64,000 bases of DNA. It comes from an uncultured Actinomycetes bacterium (GTDB taxonomy: Bacteria > Actinomycetota > Acidimicrobiia > Acidimicrobiales > JACCXE01). The stretch lies in contig CAVRKD010000004.1 in NCBI GenBank assembly GCA_963722185.1, positions 386,918-450,917 of the forward strand. Reading direction: 5' to 3'. Below are positions 1 through 9,093 of this stretch, in pieces; the stretch's first letter is position 1; the number at the start of each line of letters is the position of its first letter. The position numbers and the translations under genes were made by a program. Below the pieces are notes generated by a model. It had not been told where the DNA came from and did no database searches. It was given only the letters and a program-made list of their open reading frames with translations.

Positions 1-1426
1 CGGTGATCGTCGGCATCAACCCGACGCGCCGCGGTGACGAGCTGGCCAACGACATTCGCCACACCGACTGTCAGCTCATCGTCACCGACAGCGCGGGCGC
101 CGCGATGCTCGAAGGTTTGGACCTGGGAGTCCGCATCCTGGACATCGGTTCGACCGAGTACAAGCAACTGGTTCTGGATTCGAGCGGAAAGCGCGCGGAT
201 TCAGAACCAGTTGCGGAAGAGGCGCTGTTCTTGCTGCTGTTCACGTCGGGGACGACCGGCGCGCCCAAGGCGGTGCGGTGCACGCAGGGCCGGCTGGCGT
301 CGATCGCCCAGCGCGTCGAGGACCAGTACGGCCTCAACCGCGACGACGTTTGCTACGCGGTGATGCCGCTGTTCCACGGCAACGCGCTCATGGCGCTATG
401 GGCGCCGGCGCTGCGGACCGGTGCCACCGTCGCCCTCGCGCCGAAGTTTTCCGCCAGCGGGTTCCTGGCCGACGTGCGGCGCTACAACGCGACGTACTTC
501 ACCTACGTCGGCAAGGCGCTCACCTACGTCCTCGGCACGCCCGAGCAGCCCGACGACGCCGACAACCCGCTGGAACGCGGCTTCGGCAACGAGGCGTCCG
601 ACGTCGACATCGAGCGCTTTCAGTCCCGGTTCGGTTGCCGGATCATCGAGGGCTACGGGTCGAGCGAAGGCGGCGCCGTCATCCTGCGCGTGCCCGACAT
701 GCCCGCCGGTTCGCTGGGCGTGGGCATGACGCCGAGCGTGATGGTGGTCGATCCCGAAACGATGCAGGAGTGCCCGCCCGCCGAGTTCGACGCCGGCGGT
801 CGCCTCCTCAACGCCGAAGCGGCGACCGGCGAGATCGTCAATACCGAAGGCCTCGAATCGCTTCGAGGGCTACTACCGCAACGACGACGCCTACGCCCAG
901 CGCTCGCGCAACGGTTGGTACTGGAGCGGCGACCTCGCCTACCGCGACGACGAAGGGGTTCTTCTGGTTCGCCGGTCGCAGCGCCGACTGGCTGCGCGTC
1001 GACGGGGAGAACTTCGCCGCCGCGCCCGTCGAGCGCATCCTGGCGCGCCTCGACGGCGTGACGGCGGCGGCGGTGTACGCCGTGCCCGATCCGTTGAGCG
1101 GCGACCAGGTGATGGCGGCGATCGAGATGGCATCGGGCGCGACGTTCGACGCGACCGCGTTCGCGCCGTTCCTCGCCGCCCAACCCGATCTCGGCACGAA
1201 GTGGGCGCCGCGGTTCGTGCGCGTCGTGGCGCACATGCCGCTGACCGACACCAACAAGATCGTGAAGACGCGCCTGCGCGCCGAAGGCTGGATCACCGAC
1301 GACGACGTGTTCTGGCGCGCCGAACGCGGCAACCCGAACTTCACCCTCATGACCGACGCCGACCGCGCCGCCCTGCACGCCGAGTTCGACGCGCACGGCC
1401 GCGCCAACCTCGTCCCCAATCCTTAG
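1..1426 (+). pseudogene. AMP-dependent acyl-CoA synthetase (FadD family), 5' end outside window; reading frame broken twice as sequenced
   Basis: Three frame segments (3..~860, 862..~955, ~956..1426) read through as one adenylate-forming enzyme: FTSGTTGAPKAV, EGYGSSEGG, FEGYYRNDDAY..WYWSGDLAYRDDEG, FFWFAGRSADWLRVDGENF, TNKIVK. The second shift lies in GGGG 955-958. Confidence 0.85.
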
Positions 1427-1435
1427 GAGTTACCG

Positions 1436-2417
1436 ATGGCCATGTTCGTGATGCGATTCGACATGCGTCGCCCGGCGATCTCGCCGGCGTCGCCGTCGGA
1501 GCTGTACGCCGCCGCGCTCGAGATGGCGAAGTGGGCCGAGCAGCACAACGTGTTGAGCGTGACGGTGTCCGAGCATCACGGCGTCGACGACGGCTACCTG
1601 TCGTCGCCGCTGGTGATGGCGGGCGCCATCGCCGGCGCGACGAACAGCATCATGATCAACATCGCCGCCGTGCTCGCGCCGCTGCACGATCCGCTGCGCC
1701 TCGCCGAGGACATCGCCGTGCTCGACCTCGCCAGCCGCGGCCGCGTGTCGATCGTGCTCGGGCTCGGCTACCGGCCGTCGGAGTACGCCATGTTCGACAA
1801 GGCGTGGAAGGGCCGCGGCAAGAACTTCGACGACATGCTCGGCGTGCTGAAGCAGGCGTGGACGGGCGAGCCCTTCGAGTACCAGGGACGCACCGTGCAG
1901 GTGACGCCGCGGCCGATGAGCCAGCCGCACCCGATGATCTTCATCGGCGGGCTCGTCGCCAAACGCCGCCAAGCGGGCGGCCAAGCACGGCCTGTCGTTC
2001 TTGCCGGCGCTCGGTGATCCGTCGCTCGAGCAGACCTATTACGAAGAGTGCGAGCGCCTCGGTGTGCAGCCGGGCATGGTGATGCTGCCGTCGGGCCCGG
2101 GTTTCGTGCACGTGGCCGAGGATCCCGACAAGGCGTGGGCCGAGCTCGGGCAGTACTTGCTGTACGAAACGTCGGTGTACGCGTCGTGGCAGCTGCCGGG
2201 CCAGACGAGCCACGTGCACTCGGAGGCCACCACCGCGGAGGAACTGCGCGCCGAGGGCATGTACAAGATCATCACGCCCGAAGAGTGCGTCACCCTCGCC
2301 AAGGAACTCGGCCCGATGGCGTCGCTGGTGCTGCACCCGCTGATCGGCGGCATGCCGCCCGAGGCGGCGTGGTCGAGCCTGGAACTGATCGCGTCGAAGG
2401 TCATGCCCAACCTGTGA
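1436..2417 (+). pseudogene. LLM-class (luciferase-like) flavin-dependent oxidoreductase; one frameshift at GGG 1949-1951
   Basis: ORFs 1436..2017 and 2001..2417 join into one LLM fold (SEHHGVDDGYLSSPL, RVSIVLGLGYRPSEY, IGG/SSPNAAKRAAKHGLSFLP). Deleting one G restores the frame. Confidence 0.8.
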
Positions 2418-2759
2418 TCAAGCTGATCGCGTTCGTGCGCCGCAAGGAGGGCATGACGGCCGACGAGTTCCACCGCTACTGGCGCGAGGAACACGGTCCG
2501 CTGGTGGCGCGCACGAAGAGTGGTTCGTACGCGCTGCGATATGAGCAGAACCACGTTGTGCGCGCTGAAGGTGACGACGGACACGGACGGTTTCGACGGC
2601 GTGACCATCCAGTGGTTCGAGTCGGTCGAGTCGTTCTACGCGTCGGTGCGCGAGCCCGACTACGCCGAGATCGCCGCGGACACCGAGAAGTTCCTCGACA
2701 TGTCGCGGCTCGAGTTCGTCCTGACCGAAGAACCCGACGTCATCTTCGACCACCTATGA
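2414..2759 (+). pseudogene. EthD-family protein; one frameshift near 2575-2582
   Basis: GTG 2414 overlaps the upstream stop (GTGA). IKLIAFVRRKEGMTADEFHRYWREEHGPL then DTDGFDGVTIQWFESVESFYA is the typical EthD layout. The two halves lie in different frames. Confidence 0.7.
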
Positions 2760-4267
2760 CCTGGCTCAGCATCCCGGCGTTCGTGCGTGACGCCGCCGCC
2801 CGTTTTGGCGACGCCGAGGCGCTGGTCGACGGCGACCGTCGCCTCAGCTGGATCGAGCTGTCCGCGGCGGTGGACCGCGCCGCCGCGGCGTGCATCGCCG
2901 CCGGGCTGCAACCGGGTGATCGCGCGGCGATCTGGGCGCCGAACGTGGGCGAGTGGATCGAGGCCGCGCTCGGCGTGCTCGCCGCCGGCGGCGTGGTCGT
3001 GCCCATCAACACGCGCTTCAAAGGCGACGAAGCGGCGTACGTGCTGAACGCCAGCCAGGCGCGGCTGCTGTTCACCATCGAAGGGTTCCTCGAGCACCGA
3101 CTACCCGGCGATGCTCAAGGAGCAAGACCTGCCGCACCTCGAACGCACGGTGGTGTTCCGTTCGCCGTCGTGGGACGAGTTCCTGGCCGTCGGGTTCGGG
3201 TGACGTAGAGGTCCGCATCGCCGCGCTCGGCGCCGACGACGTGTCCGACCTCATCTTCACCTCGGGCACCACCGGCCGCCCGAAGGGCGTCATCACCACG
3301 CACGGTCAGACGCTGCGGGTGTTCGAAGCAGTGGGCGTCGATCGTCGGGCTGACCGAAGGCGACCGCTACCTGATCGTCAACCCGTTCTTCCACACGTTC
3401 GGCTTCAAGGCCGGCTTCCTGGCCTGCCTCATCAAGGGCGCGGTGATCGTGCCGCATCCCGTGTTCGACGTGCCGACGGTGCTCGCCCGCGTCGCCGAGG
3501 AACGCATCACGATGCTCCCCGGTCCGCCGACGCTGCACCAGTCGATCCTCGATCACCCCGATCGCGACAAGTTCGACCTGTCGTCGCTGCGCTTGTGCGT
3601 GACGGGCGCGGCCGCGATCCCCGTCGAGATGATCGTGCGCATGCGCAACGAGTTGACCTACGAGACGATCGTGACGGGTTACGGGCTGACCGAGTCGACC
3701 GGCGTGGTCTCCATGTGCCGGCCGGAGGACGACGCCGAGACGATCGCGACCACGTCGGGCCGCGCCATCCCCGACACCGAGGTGCGCATCGCCGAATCCG
3801 GCGAGATCCTTGTGCGCGGTTACAACGTGATGCGCGGTTACTTCGAGAACCCCGAGGCGACCGCTGAGGCGATCGACGCCGACGGTTGGTTGCACACCGG
3901 CGACATCGGCACGATGGACGACCGCGGCTACCTCAAGATCACGGACCGTCTGAAGGACATGTTCATCGTCGGCGGGTTCAATGCCTATCCGGCGGAGATC
4001 GAGAACACGCTCTTGGGCCATCCGCAGATCGCGCAGGCCGCGGTGGTGGGCGCGCCCGATGCGCGCCTGGGCGAAGTCGGTGTTGCGTTCGTCGTGCCGC
4101 GCGCCAACGAGTCGCCCGAACCCGACGCAGTTATCGCGTGGGCCCGCGAACGGATGGCGAACTACAAGGTCCCGCGGCGCGTGATCGTCGTGGACGCGTT
4201 GCCGCTGAACGCCAGTGGCAAAGTCCTCAAGTACGAACTTCGAATGGAGGCCGCTCATGGCCGGTAA
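2756..4267 (+). pseudogene. AMP-dependent acyl-CoA synthetase (FadD3-like candidate); three frameshifts as sequenced
   Basis: ATG 2756 overlaps the upstream stop (ATGA). Segments shift at ~3090, ~3200 and ~3333. Motifs: LIFTSGTTGRPKGV, NPFFHTFGF, TGYGLTESTG, WLHTGDIGTMDDRGYLKITDRLKDMFIVGGFNAYPAEIE, NYKVPR. Confidence 0.85.
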
Positions 4268-5055
4268 CGAGACCGACGAGATCCGCCTGGGGTCAATGCT
4301 CTACACGCTCGTGGAGCCGCGCCAGCGGCCACGAGGTGGAATACAACCGCTGGTACGAGCGCGACCATTTCTACGCCGGCTGCATGATCGGTCCGTACCA
4401 GTTCGCCGGCCAGCGCTTCGTGGCGACTCGTCCGTACAAGGACCTGCGGTATCCGATCGAGTCGCCGATCACGCCCGACCCGCTCACCGGTTCCTACGTG
4501 GCGATCTACTGGGTGCTCGAAGGTCACCACGGCGCGTGGAACCGCTGGGCCGTCGACCAGGTCAACAAGCTGCACGCCAACGGCCGCATGTTCACCGAGC
4601 GCGACCACATCCACACGTCGCTCTACAACTTCGAGTGGTCGCAGAGCCGCGACGAGAACGGCGTGCCGATCGAGCTCGCCTTCGACCACCGCTTCGGCGG
4701 CATCGTGACGATCATCGGTGAACTCGCCGATGGCGTGGAGCACGCCGAGATCGACGCCTGGTACCGCGACACGCGCCTGCCGCAGCTGATGAGTGGCTCG
4801 GCCGTCGCATTGGGCGGACGGTTCTCGCCCATCCCGTTGCTGGTCGACGCGCCGGGCGACGTGCCGCGCCAGGAAGGCGTCGACCGCCGCTTCATGTTCC
4901 TGTACTTCACCGACGGCGACCCCGCCGACGCGTGGTCCGGCTTCGCCGAGGAAGGCGACGCCCTCAAAGCGAGCGGGCTGGGAACATTGCTGTGGGCGTC
5001 GCCGTTCATCCCGACGATTGTCGGCACCGACACCTACACCGATCAGCTCTGGTGA
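4257..5055 (+). pseudogene. conserved hypothetical protein with an internally duplicated EthD/alpha+beta-barrel-like half; one frameshift ~4322
   Basis: ATG 4257 is coupled to the upstream gene. Half 1: LYTLVEPR.GHEVEYNRWYERDHFYAG. Half 2: IVTIIGELADGVEHAEIDAWYRDTRLPQL. High third-position GC. No family name recognised. Confidence 0.55.
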
Positions 5056-5078
5056 CCCTGTTGCGTGGACCCCTCGCG

Positions 5079-5153
5079 TTTCAAGCACGGTTTGACGTGT
5101 GATCGAGCCTGTCGGAAGGTCAACTCACACATCAAACCGTGCTCGAAAGTTCG
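5079..5153. repeat. family B ~75-bp imperfect hairpin repeat, copy 1
   Basis: TTTCAAGCACGGTTTGACGTGTGATCGAGCC...TCACACATCAAACCGTGCTCGAAAGTTCG. The 24-nt arms pair with 2 mismatches. The first 30 nt differ at only one position from copy 2. Confidence 0.8.
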
Positions 5154-5163
5154 GCCGGGCGGC

Positions 5164-5670
5164 GTGACCGACGCGCATGTTGTCTTCGTCTGCACAGGCA
5201 ACGCCGCTCGCAGCGTCATGGCGGGCGCGGTGCTGTCGCACATGGGCTGGGCCAAGGTCGTGACCGCGGGCACCATGGTGATCGAGGGCCTCCCGATGAG
5301 TTGGCGCACGAAGCACGCGTTGGACGAACTCGGCGTGTCGGCGCCGGCGCACCGCAGCCGGCAGCTGAGCGACAAGGACGCCCGCGACTCGGACCTGATC
5401 GTGTGCTTCGAGACTTTCCACATCGAATACGTCCGCCGCACGCACCCCGAAGCCGCGCACAAAACCGCCACGATCCGGCGCCTCGTGCGCGACCTGCCGG
5501 GCACGACCGGGACTTTGACCGAACGGATCGCATCACTCGGACTGGCCGACGTGACGCTCGAAGAGTGGGAGAACGTCGAGGACCCAGCCGGCGGCGAGCT
5601 CGACGTCGTCGTCGCCTGCGCCAAGGAGGTCGCGGCTCTGGTCGACGAACTGGCGGCGCTGCTTACCTGA
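5164..5670 (+). CDS. low-molecular-weight protein-tyrosine-phosphatase / ArsC-family protein
   Basis: P-loop VVFVCTGNAARS (CX5R-S). GTG 5164 chosen because the upstream 33 codons of ORF 5065..5670 are just a translation of hairpin repeat B1. Confidence 0.7.
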   Translation: MTDAHVVFVCTGNAARSVMAGAVLSHMGWAKVVTAGTMVIEGLPMSWRTKHALDELGVSAPAHRSRQLSDKDARDSDLIVCFETFHIEYVRRTHPEAAHKTATIRRLVRDLPGTTGTLTERIASLGLADVTLEEWENVEDPAGGELDVVVACAKEVAALVDELAALLT

Positions 5671-5856
5671 TCTGCCCAGTCCCGCGGAGCGCTGGCGTGA
5701 CGCTGATCAGTCAGTTGGATGAGTTCGCCGAACATCGTTCATCGCGCGTGGAGGCTTATCGCGCGCGTCCCGCGTTGGGTTGGTCAGCCCTTCGAACCTG
5801 AGGAGCACGGAATCCGAGCCGAGTCGCTTGGATGGAAGACGAGGTGGGGCCGCTGA

Positions 5857-5873
5857 TCTGACGCACCGTCAGA
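5857..5873. promoter_or_regulatory. 17-bp palindrome TCTGACGCACCGTCAGA (motif 2, perfect)
   Basis: 7-bp perfect arms with a 3-bp spacer (8-bp arms with the flanking A/T). Lies 24 nt upstream of the ACAD ATG 5897. Confidence 0.55.
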
Positions 5874-5896
5874 TTCAGAAGTAGCTTCTCGCCCCG

Positions 5897-7036
5897 ATGA
5901 ACCTGCGCGATTCCGAAACCGACGCCGCGTTCCGCGCCGAGCTGCGCGACTGGTTGGCGAGCGTCTTGCCGTCCGTTGGTCCGGAACCCGAGGACGACGA
6001 GGACTGGCAAGGCCGGCGCGAGTACGACACCGCGTGGCAGCGCATGCTGTTCGACGCCGGGTACGCCGGAATCGCCTGGTCCAAGGACGTCGGCGGTCGC
6101 GGGGCGACCCCGAGCGAGCAGCTGATCTTTCTGGAGGAGACCGAGAAGGCGGGCGCGCCCTACGTCGGCGTGAACTTCGTCGGCCTGCTGCACGCCGGGC
6201 CGACGCTGTACGCCGAAGCGTCGCCCGAGCAGAAGGCGGCGCACCTGCCGCGCATCCTGCGCGGCGACGAGATCTGGTGCCAGGGCTTCTCCGAGCCGTC
6301 GGCCGGGTCGGACCTCGCGTCGTTGCGCACGCGGGCCGAGCGCGACGGCGACGAGTACGTCATCAACGGCCAGAAGATCTGGACGTCGCACGCCCAGGTG
6401 GCGGACTACTGCGAGATGCTTGTGCGCACCGATCCCAACGTCGACAAGCACGGGGGGATCAGCTGGCTGATCGTGCCGATGGACACGCCGGGCATCGACG
6501 TCCGACCCCTGCGCACCATCCGCGGGTCGAGCGAGTTCAGCGAAGTGTTCCTCGACGACGTACGCGTTCCGGTCGCCAACCGCGTCGGCGAGGAGAACGA
6601 CGGGTGGCGCGTCGCCATGGTGACCTTCAGCTTCGAGCGCGGCACCGCGTTCGTGAGCGAGCTGCTGCAGTCGATGCAGCTCGTGCGCGACCTCGGCGAA
6701 GTGGCCAAGAAGGATCCGAAGTTCCTCCGCGAGATCGGTCACCTCATGGCCGACCTCGACGCGCTGTGGGCGCTGACCAAGCGCAACGTCAGCCAGGCGG
6801 CGCGCACGGGCGTGCCGGGTGTCGGCGGGTCGGTGTTCAAGCTGCACTACTCCGAGACGCGTCACCGCCTCGGGGAGTTGGCCATGCGTGTGTTGGAGCG
6901 TGACGGTCTGTCGATGGACAACAAGCACGTCGAAGGTCAGATCCACGCCATGTCGATCACGATCGCCGCCGGCACGTCGCAGATCCAACGGAACATCGTG
7001 GCCGAGCGCGTTCTCGGATTGCCGAAGGAACGCTGA
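5897..7036 (+). CDS. acyl-CoA dehydrogenase, alpha-type subunit of a steroid-type heteromeric FadE pair
   Basis: 379 aa; WCQGFSEPSAGSDLASLRTRAERDGDEYVINGQKIWTS, GTSQIQRNIVAERVLGLP. The stop overlaps the start of the next ACAD (ATGA-type coupling). Confidence 0.85.
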   Translation: MNLRDSETDAAFRAELRDWLASVLPSVGPEPEDDEDWQGRREYDTAWQRMLFDAGYAGIAWSKDVGGRGATPSEQLIFLEETEKAGAPYVGVNFVGLLHAGPTLYAEASPEQKAAHLPRILRGDEIWCQGFSEPSAGSDLASLRTRAERDGDEYVINGQKIWTSHAQVADYCEMLVRTDPNVDKHGGISWLIVPMDTPGIDVRPLRTIRGSSEFSEVFLDDVRVPVANRVGEENDGWRVAMVTFSFERGTAFVSELLQSMQLVRDLGEVAKKDPKFLREIGHLMADLDALWALTKRNVSQAARTGVPGVGGSVFKLHYSETRHRLGELAMRVLERDGLSMDNKHVEGQIHAMSITIAAGTSQIQRNIVAERVLGLPKER

Positions 7037-7974
7037 TGGACTTCGAACTAACTCCCGACCAGGTCGACCTGCAAGACGGCGTCCGCAAGCTGCTTGAAGG
7101 CCGCTTCCCGATGGAGACGGTGCGCGGCCTCGAAGCGAGCGACGGAGTCGACCGCGCCCTGTGGCAAGAGCTGGCGGACGCCGGCGTGTTCACGCTGCGC
7201 GTGCCCGAAGACGCCGGAGGCGTCGGCCTCGGGACCGCCGAGTCGGCGCTGGTGTTCGAGGAGTTGGGCCGGGCGTGCGTGCCGGGTCCGCTGGTGGCCA
7301 GCGAGATCGGCGCGTCGAACGAAGTGGTCGGGATTGTCGAGCGCGGCGCCGGTCCAGTCTTCATCGAGTATTTCGGCGTGCTCGATCGGCTGCTGGTGGT
7401 GAGCGACGGCGAGGTGGCCGAGATCGACCCGTCGTCGGTCACCGCGGAACGCATCGCTCATCCCGTCGACCCGCTTACGCCGGTGTGGCTGGCGCAACGC
7501 CTGCCCATTGGCGATCAGGTGGGCGACGCCGCGCTGGCGGGCAACATTCGCGCCAACGGTGCGCTACTCACCGCGGCGCTCCAGCTGGGTCTGTCCGAGG
7601 CCGTGCTTGACGCGTCGGTGGCCTATGCGAAAGAGCGGCAGCAGTTCGGCAAGCCGATCGGCACCTTTCAAGCGGTCAAGCACTTGCTGGCCGACATGCT
7701 CGTGCGCACCGAAGTCGCCCGCGCCGCCGTCTACGCCGCCGCCGTCACGCTCGACGACCCGTCAGTCGGCGACGTCGCCCGCGCCATCGCCGCGGCGAAG
7801 ATCACCGCCAGCGAGGCAGCGATCAAGAATGGCAAGTCGGCCATCCAAGTCCACGGCGGGATGGGCTTCACCTGGGAAGTCGACGCCCACCTCTACCTCA
7901 AGCGCGCCTGGGTCCTCGACACCGCCTTCGGCACCCCCGACGCCCACAGCGAGTTCCTCGCGTTCACTCTCTGA
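7036..7974 (+). CDS. acyl-CoA dehydrogenase family protein, short beta-type subunit
   Basis: 312 aa; AYAKERQQFGKPIGTFQAVKHLLADM, IQVHGGMGFTWE. The size and tandem arrangement resemble the FadE28/29-style alpha2beta2 enzymes. Confidence 0.8.
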   Translation: MDFELTPDQVDLQDGVRKLLEGRFPMETVRGLEASDGVDRALWQELADAGVFTLRVPEDAGGVGLGTAESALVFEELGRACVPGPLVASEIGASNEVVGIVERGAGPVFIEYFGVLDRLLVVSDGEVAEIDPSSVTAERIAHPVDPLTPVWLAQRLPIGDQVGDAALAGNIRANGALLTAALQLGLSEAVLDASVAYAKERQQFGKPIGTFQAVKHLLADMLVRTEVARAAVYAAAVTLDDPSVGDVARAIAAAKITASEAAIKNGKSAIQVHGGMGFTWEVDAHLYLKRAWVLDTAFGTPDAHSEFLAFTL

Positions 7975-8024
7975 CTTCTTGTGTCGTTTGCCCGCGGTCT
8001 TCGCGGGTGAACGACACAAGAAGT
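7974..8024. repeat. family A intergenic hairpin repeat, copy 1 (inverted orientation)
   Basis: ACTTCTTGTGTCGTTTGCCCGCGGTCTTCGCGGGTGAACGACACAAGAAGT. About 22-bp stem. Starts at the last base of the ACAD-beta stop codon, between convergent genes. Confidence 0.85.
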
Positions 8025-8027
8025 GCG

Positions 8028-9051
8028 TTAGAGAACCAGCTCGGCCATTGTTCGTAGCAACTCGGGCGAGCCGTTGACGAGCATGGTGGTGACCATGGAG
8101 GCCTTCCACTGTTCGAGGTCGTCGCGGATCTTGGCGACGGGGCCGATCAGGCAGATCTCCTCGACCATCGACGTGGGCACCGCCGCGATGGCGTCGGCTT
8201 GGTGGCCGTCGAGGTAGAGGTCCTGGATCTTGTGGGCCTCGCCCTCGTAGCCCATGCGGCAGAACACGTCGAAGTGGAAGTTCATCTCCCGGGCGCCCAT
8301 GCCGCCGACGTACAAGGCGATCATCGGGCGCAGCGCGTCGGCCGCGACCTCGACCTCGTCGTTGATCGACACGGTGACCATCGGGTTGACCTCGTAGCCG
8401 TCGGGCATGCCGCCGTCGCGACGAGCGAACCCCGCGGCCAGCGAGTCGCGGTACATCTGGTCGTGGCGCGGCGAGAAGAAGATCGGGAACCAGCCGTCGG
8501 CGATCTCGGCCGCCAGCGCGACGTTCTTCGGGCCTTCGGCGCCGAGGATGATCGGGATGTCGGCGCGCAACGGGTGCACGATCGACTTGAGCGGCTTGCC
8601 CAGCCCGAGCCCGCCCGGATGGGGGAGCGGGTAGTGCGGCCCGTCGTTGGTGACGGGTCCCTCGCGCGCCAGCACTTTGTGAATGACGTCGATGTACTCG
8701 CGGGTGCGGGCCAGCGGCTTCTCGAACGACGCGCCGTACCAACCCTCCACCACCTGCGGCCCCGACACGCCGAGACCGAGCACGAACCGGCCACCCGAGA
8801 GGTGGTCGAGCGTCTGCGCGGCCATGGCCATCGCCGTCGGCGAGCGCGCTGACAGCTGCGCCAGGTTGGTGCCCGAGGCGGATCGTCGATGTCGCCGCGC
8901 CCCACCACGCCAGCGGGGTGAGGGCGTCGGAACCGTACGACTCGGCCACCCACACCGAGTCGAAGCCGAGGCGCTCGGCCTCGAGGATGGTGTCGGTCGG
9001 ATTGGCCGGGGGGCCCGCTCCCCAGTAGCCCATGTGCAAGCCGAGCTTCAC
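8028..9051 (-). pseudogene. LLM-class F420-dependent oxidoreductase; one frameshift at CCC 8872-8874
   Basis: N-terminus MKLGLHMGYWGAGP..AERLGFDSVWVAESYGSDALTPLAWW (frame of 7762..9051) continues in ORF 8028..8831 (LDHLSGGRFVLGLGVSGPQVVEGWYG). LGTNLAQLSA is restored by removing one G in coding sense. Confidence 0.8.
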
Positions 9052-9060
9052 GTGTCAGAC

Positions 9061-9074
9061 TGTAACGCGTTCCA
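9061..9074. promoter_or_regulatory. KstR operator-like box TGTAACGCGTTCCA
   Basis: Fits TnnAACnnGTTnnA. Lies in the 42-nt divergent gap between the LLM gene (start 9051, minus) and the ACAD gene (start 9094). Confidence 0.6.
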
Positions 9075-9093
9075 GTTTTCCGAGAGGCTGCCC

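Noticed and set aside
5065-5163. N-terminal extension of the phosphatase ORF (MDPSRFKHGLTCDRACRKVNSHIKPCSKV), and the 63-aa ORF 60084-60275 with the similar peptide SHVKPCLK.
   Set aside because: Both peptides are simply translations of the family B hairpin repeat. The similarity is at the DNA-repeat level, so this is not a conserved small protein.
5671-5896. 226-nt gap upstream of the first ACAD pair, examined as a possible small gene or sRNA. A 34-codon ORF (VTLISQLDEFAEHRSSRVEAYRARPALGWSALRT) lies at 5697-5801.
   Set aside because: There is no RBS, no recognisable family and weak codon bias. Apart from the motif-2 palindrome, I could not find a convincing structure or terminator.
5756-6988. 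Long antisense or alternative-frame ORFs rich in Arg/Ala/Pro/Gly. Examples: 5756-6988, 12673-14097, 20666-21949, 43809-45269, 49855-51321, 56025-57881 and 15269-16327.
   Set aside because: They have the low-complexity R/A/G/P composition typical of off-frame translation of high-GC genes. Each fully overlaps a gene with clear family motifs on the other strand or in another frame.
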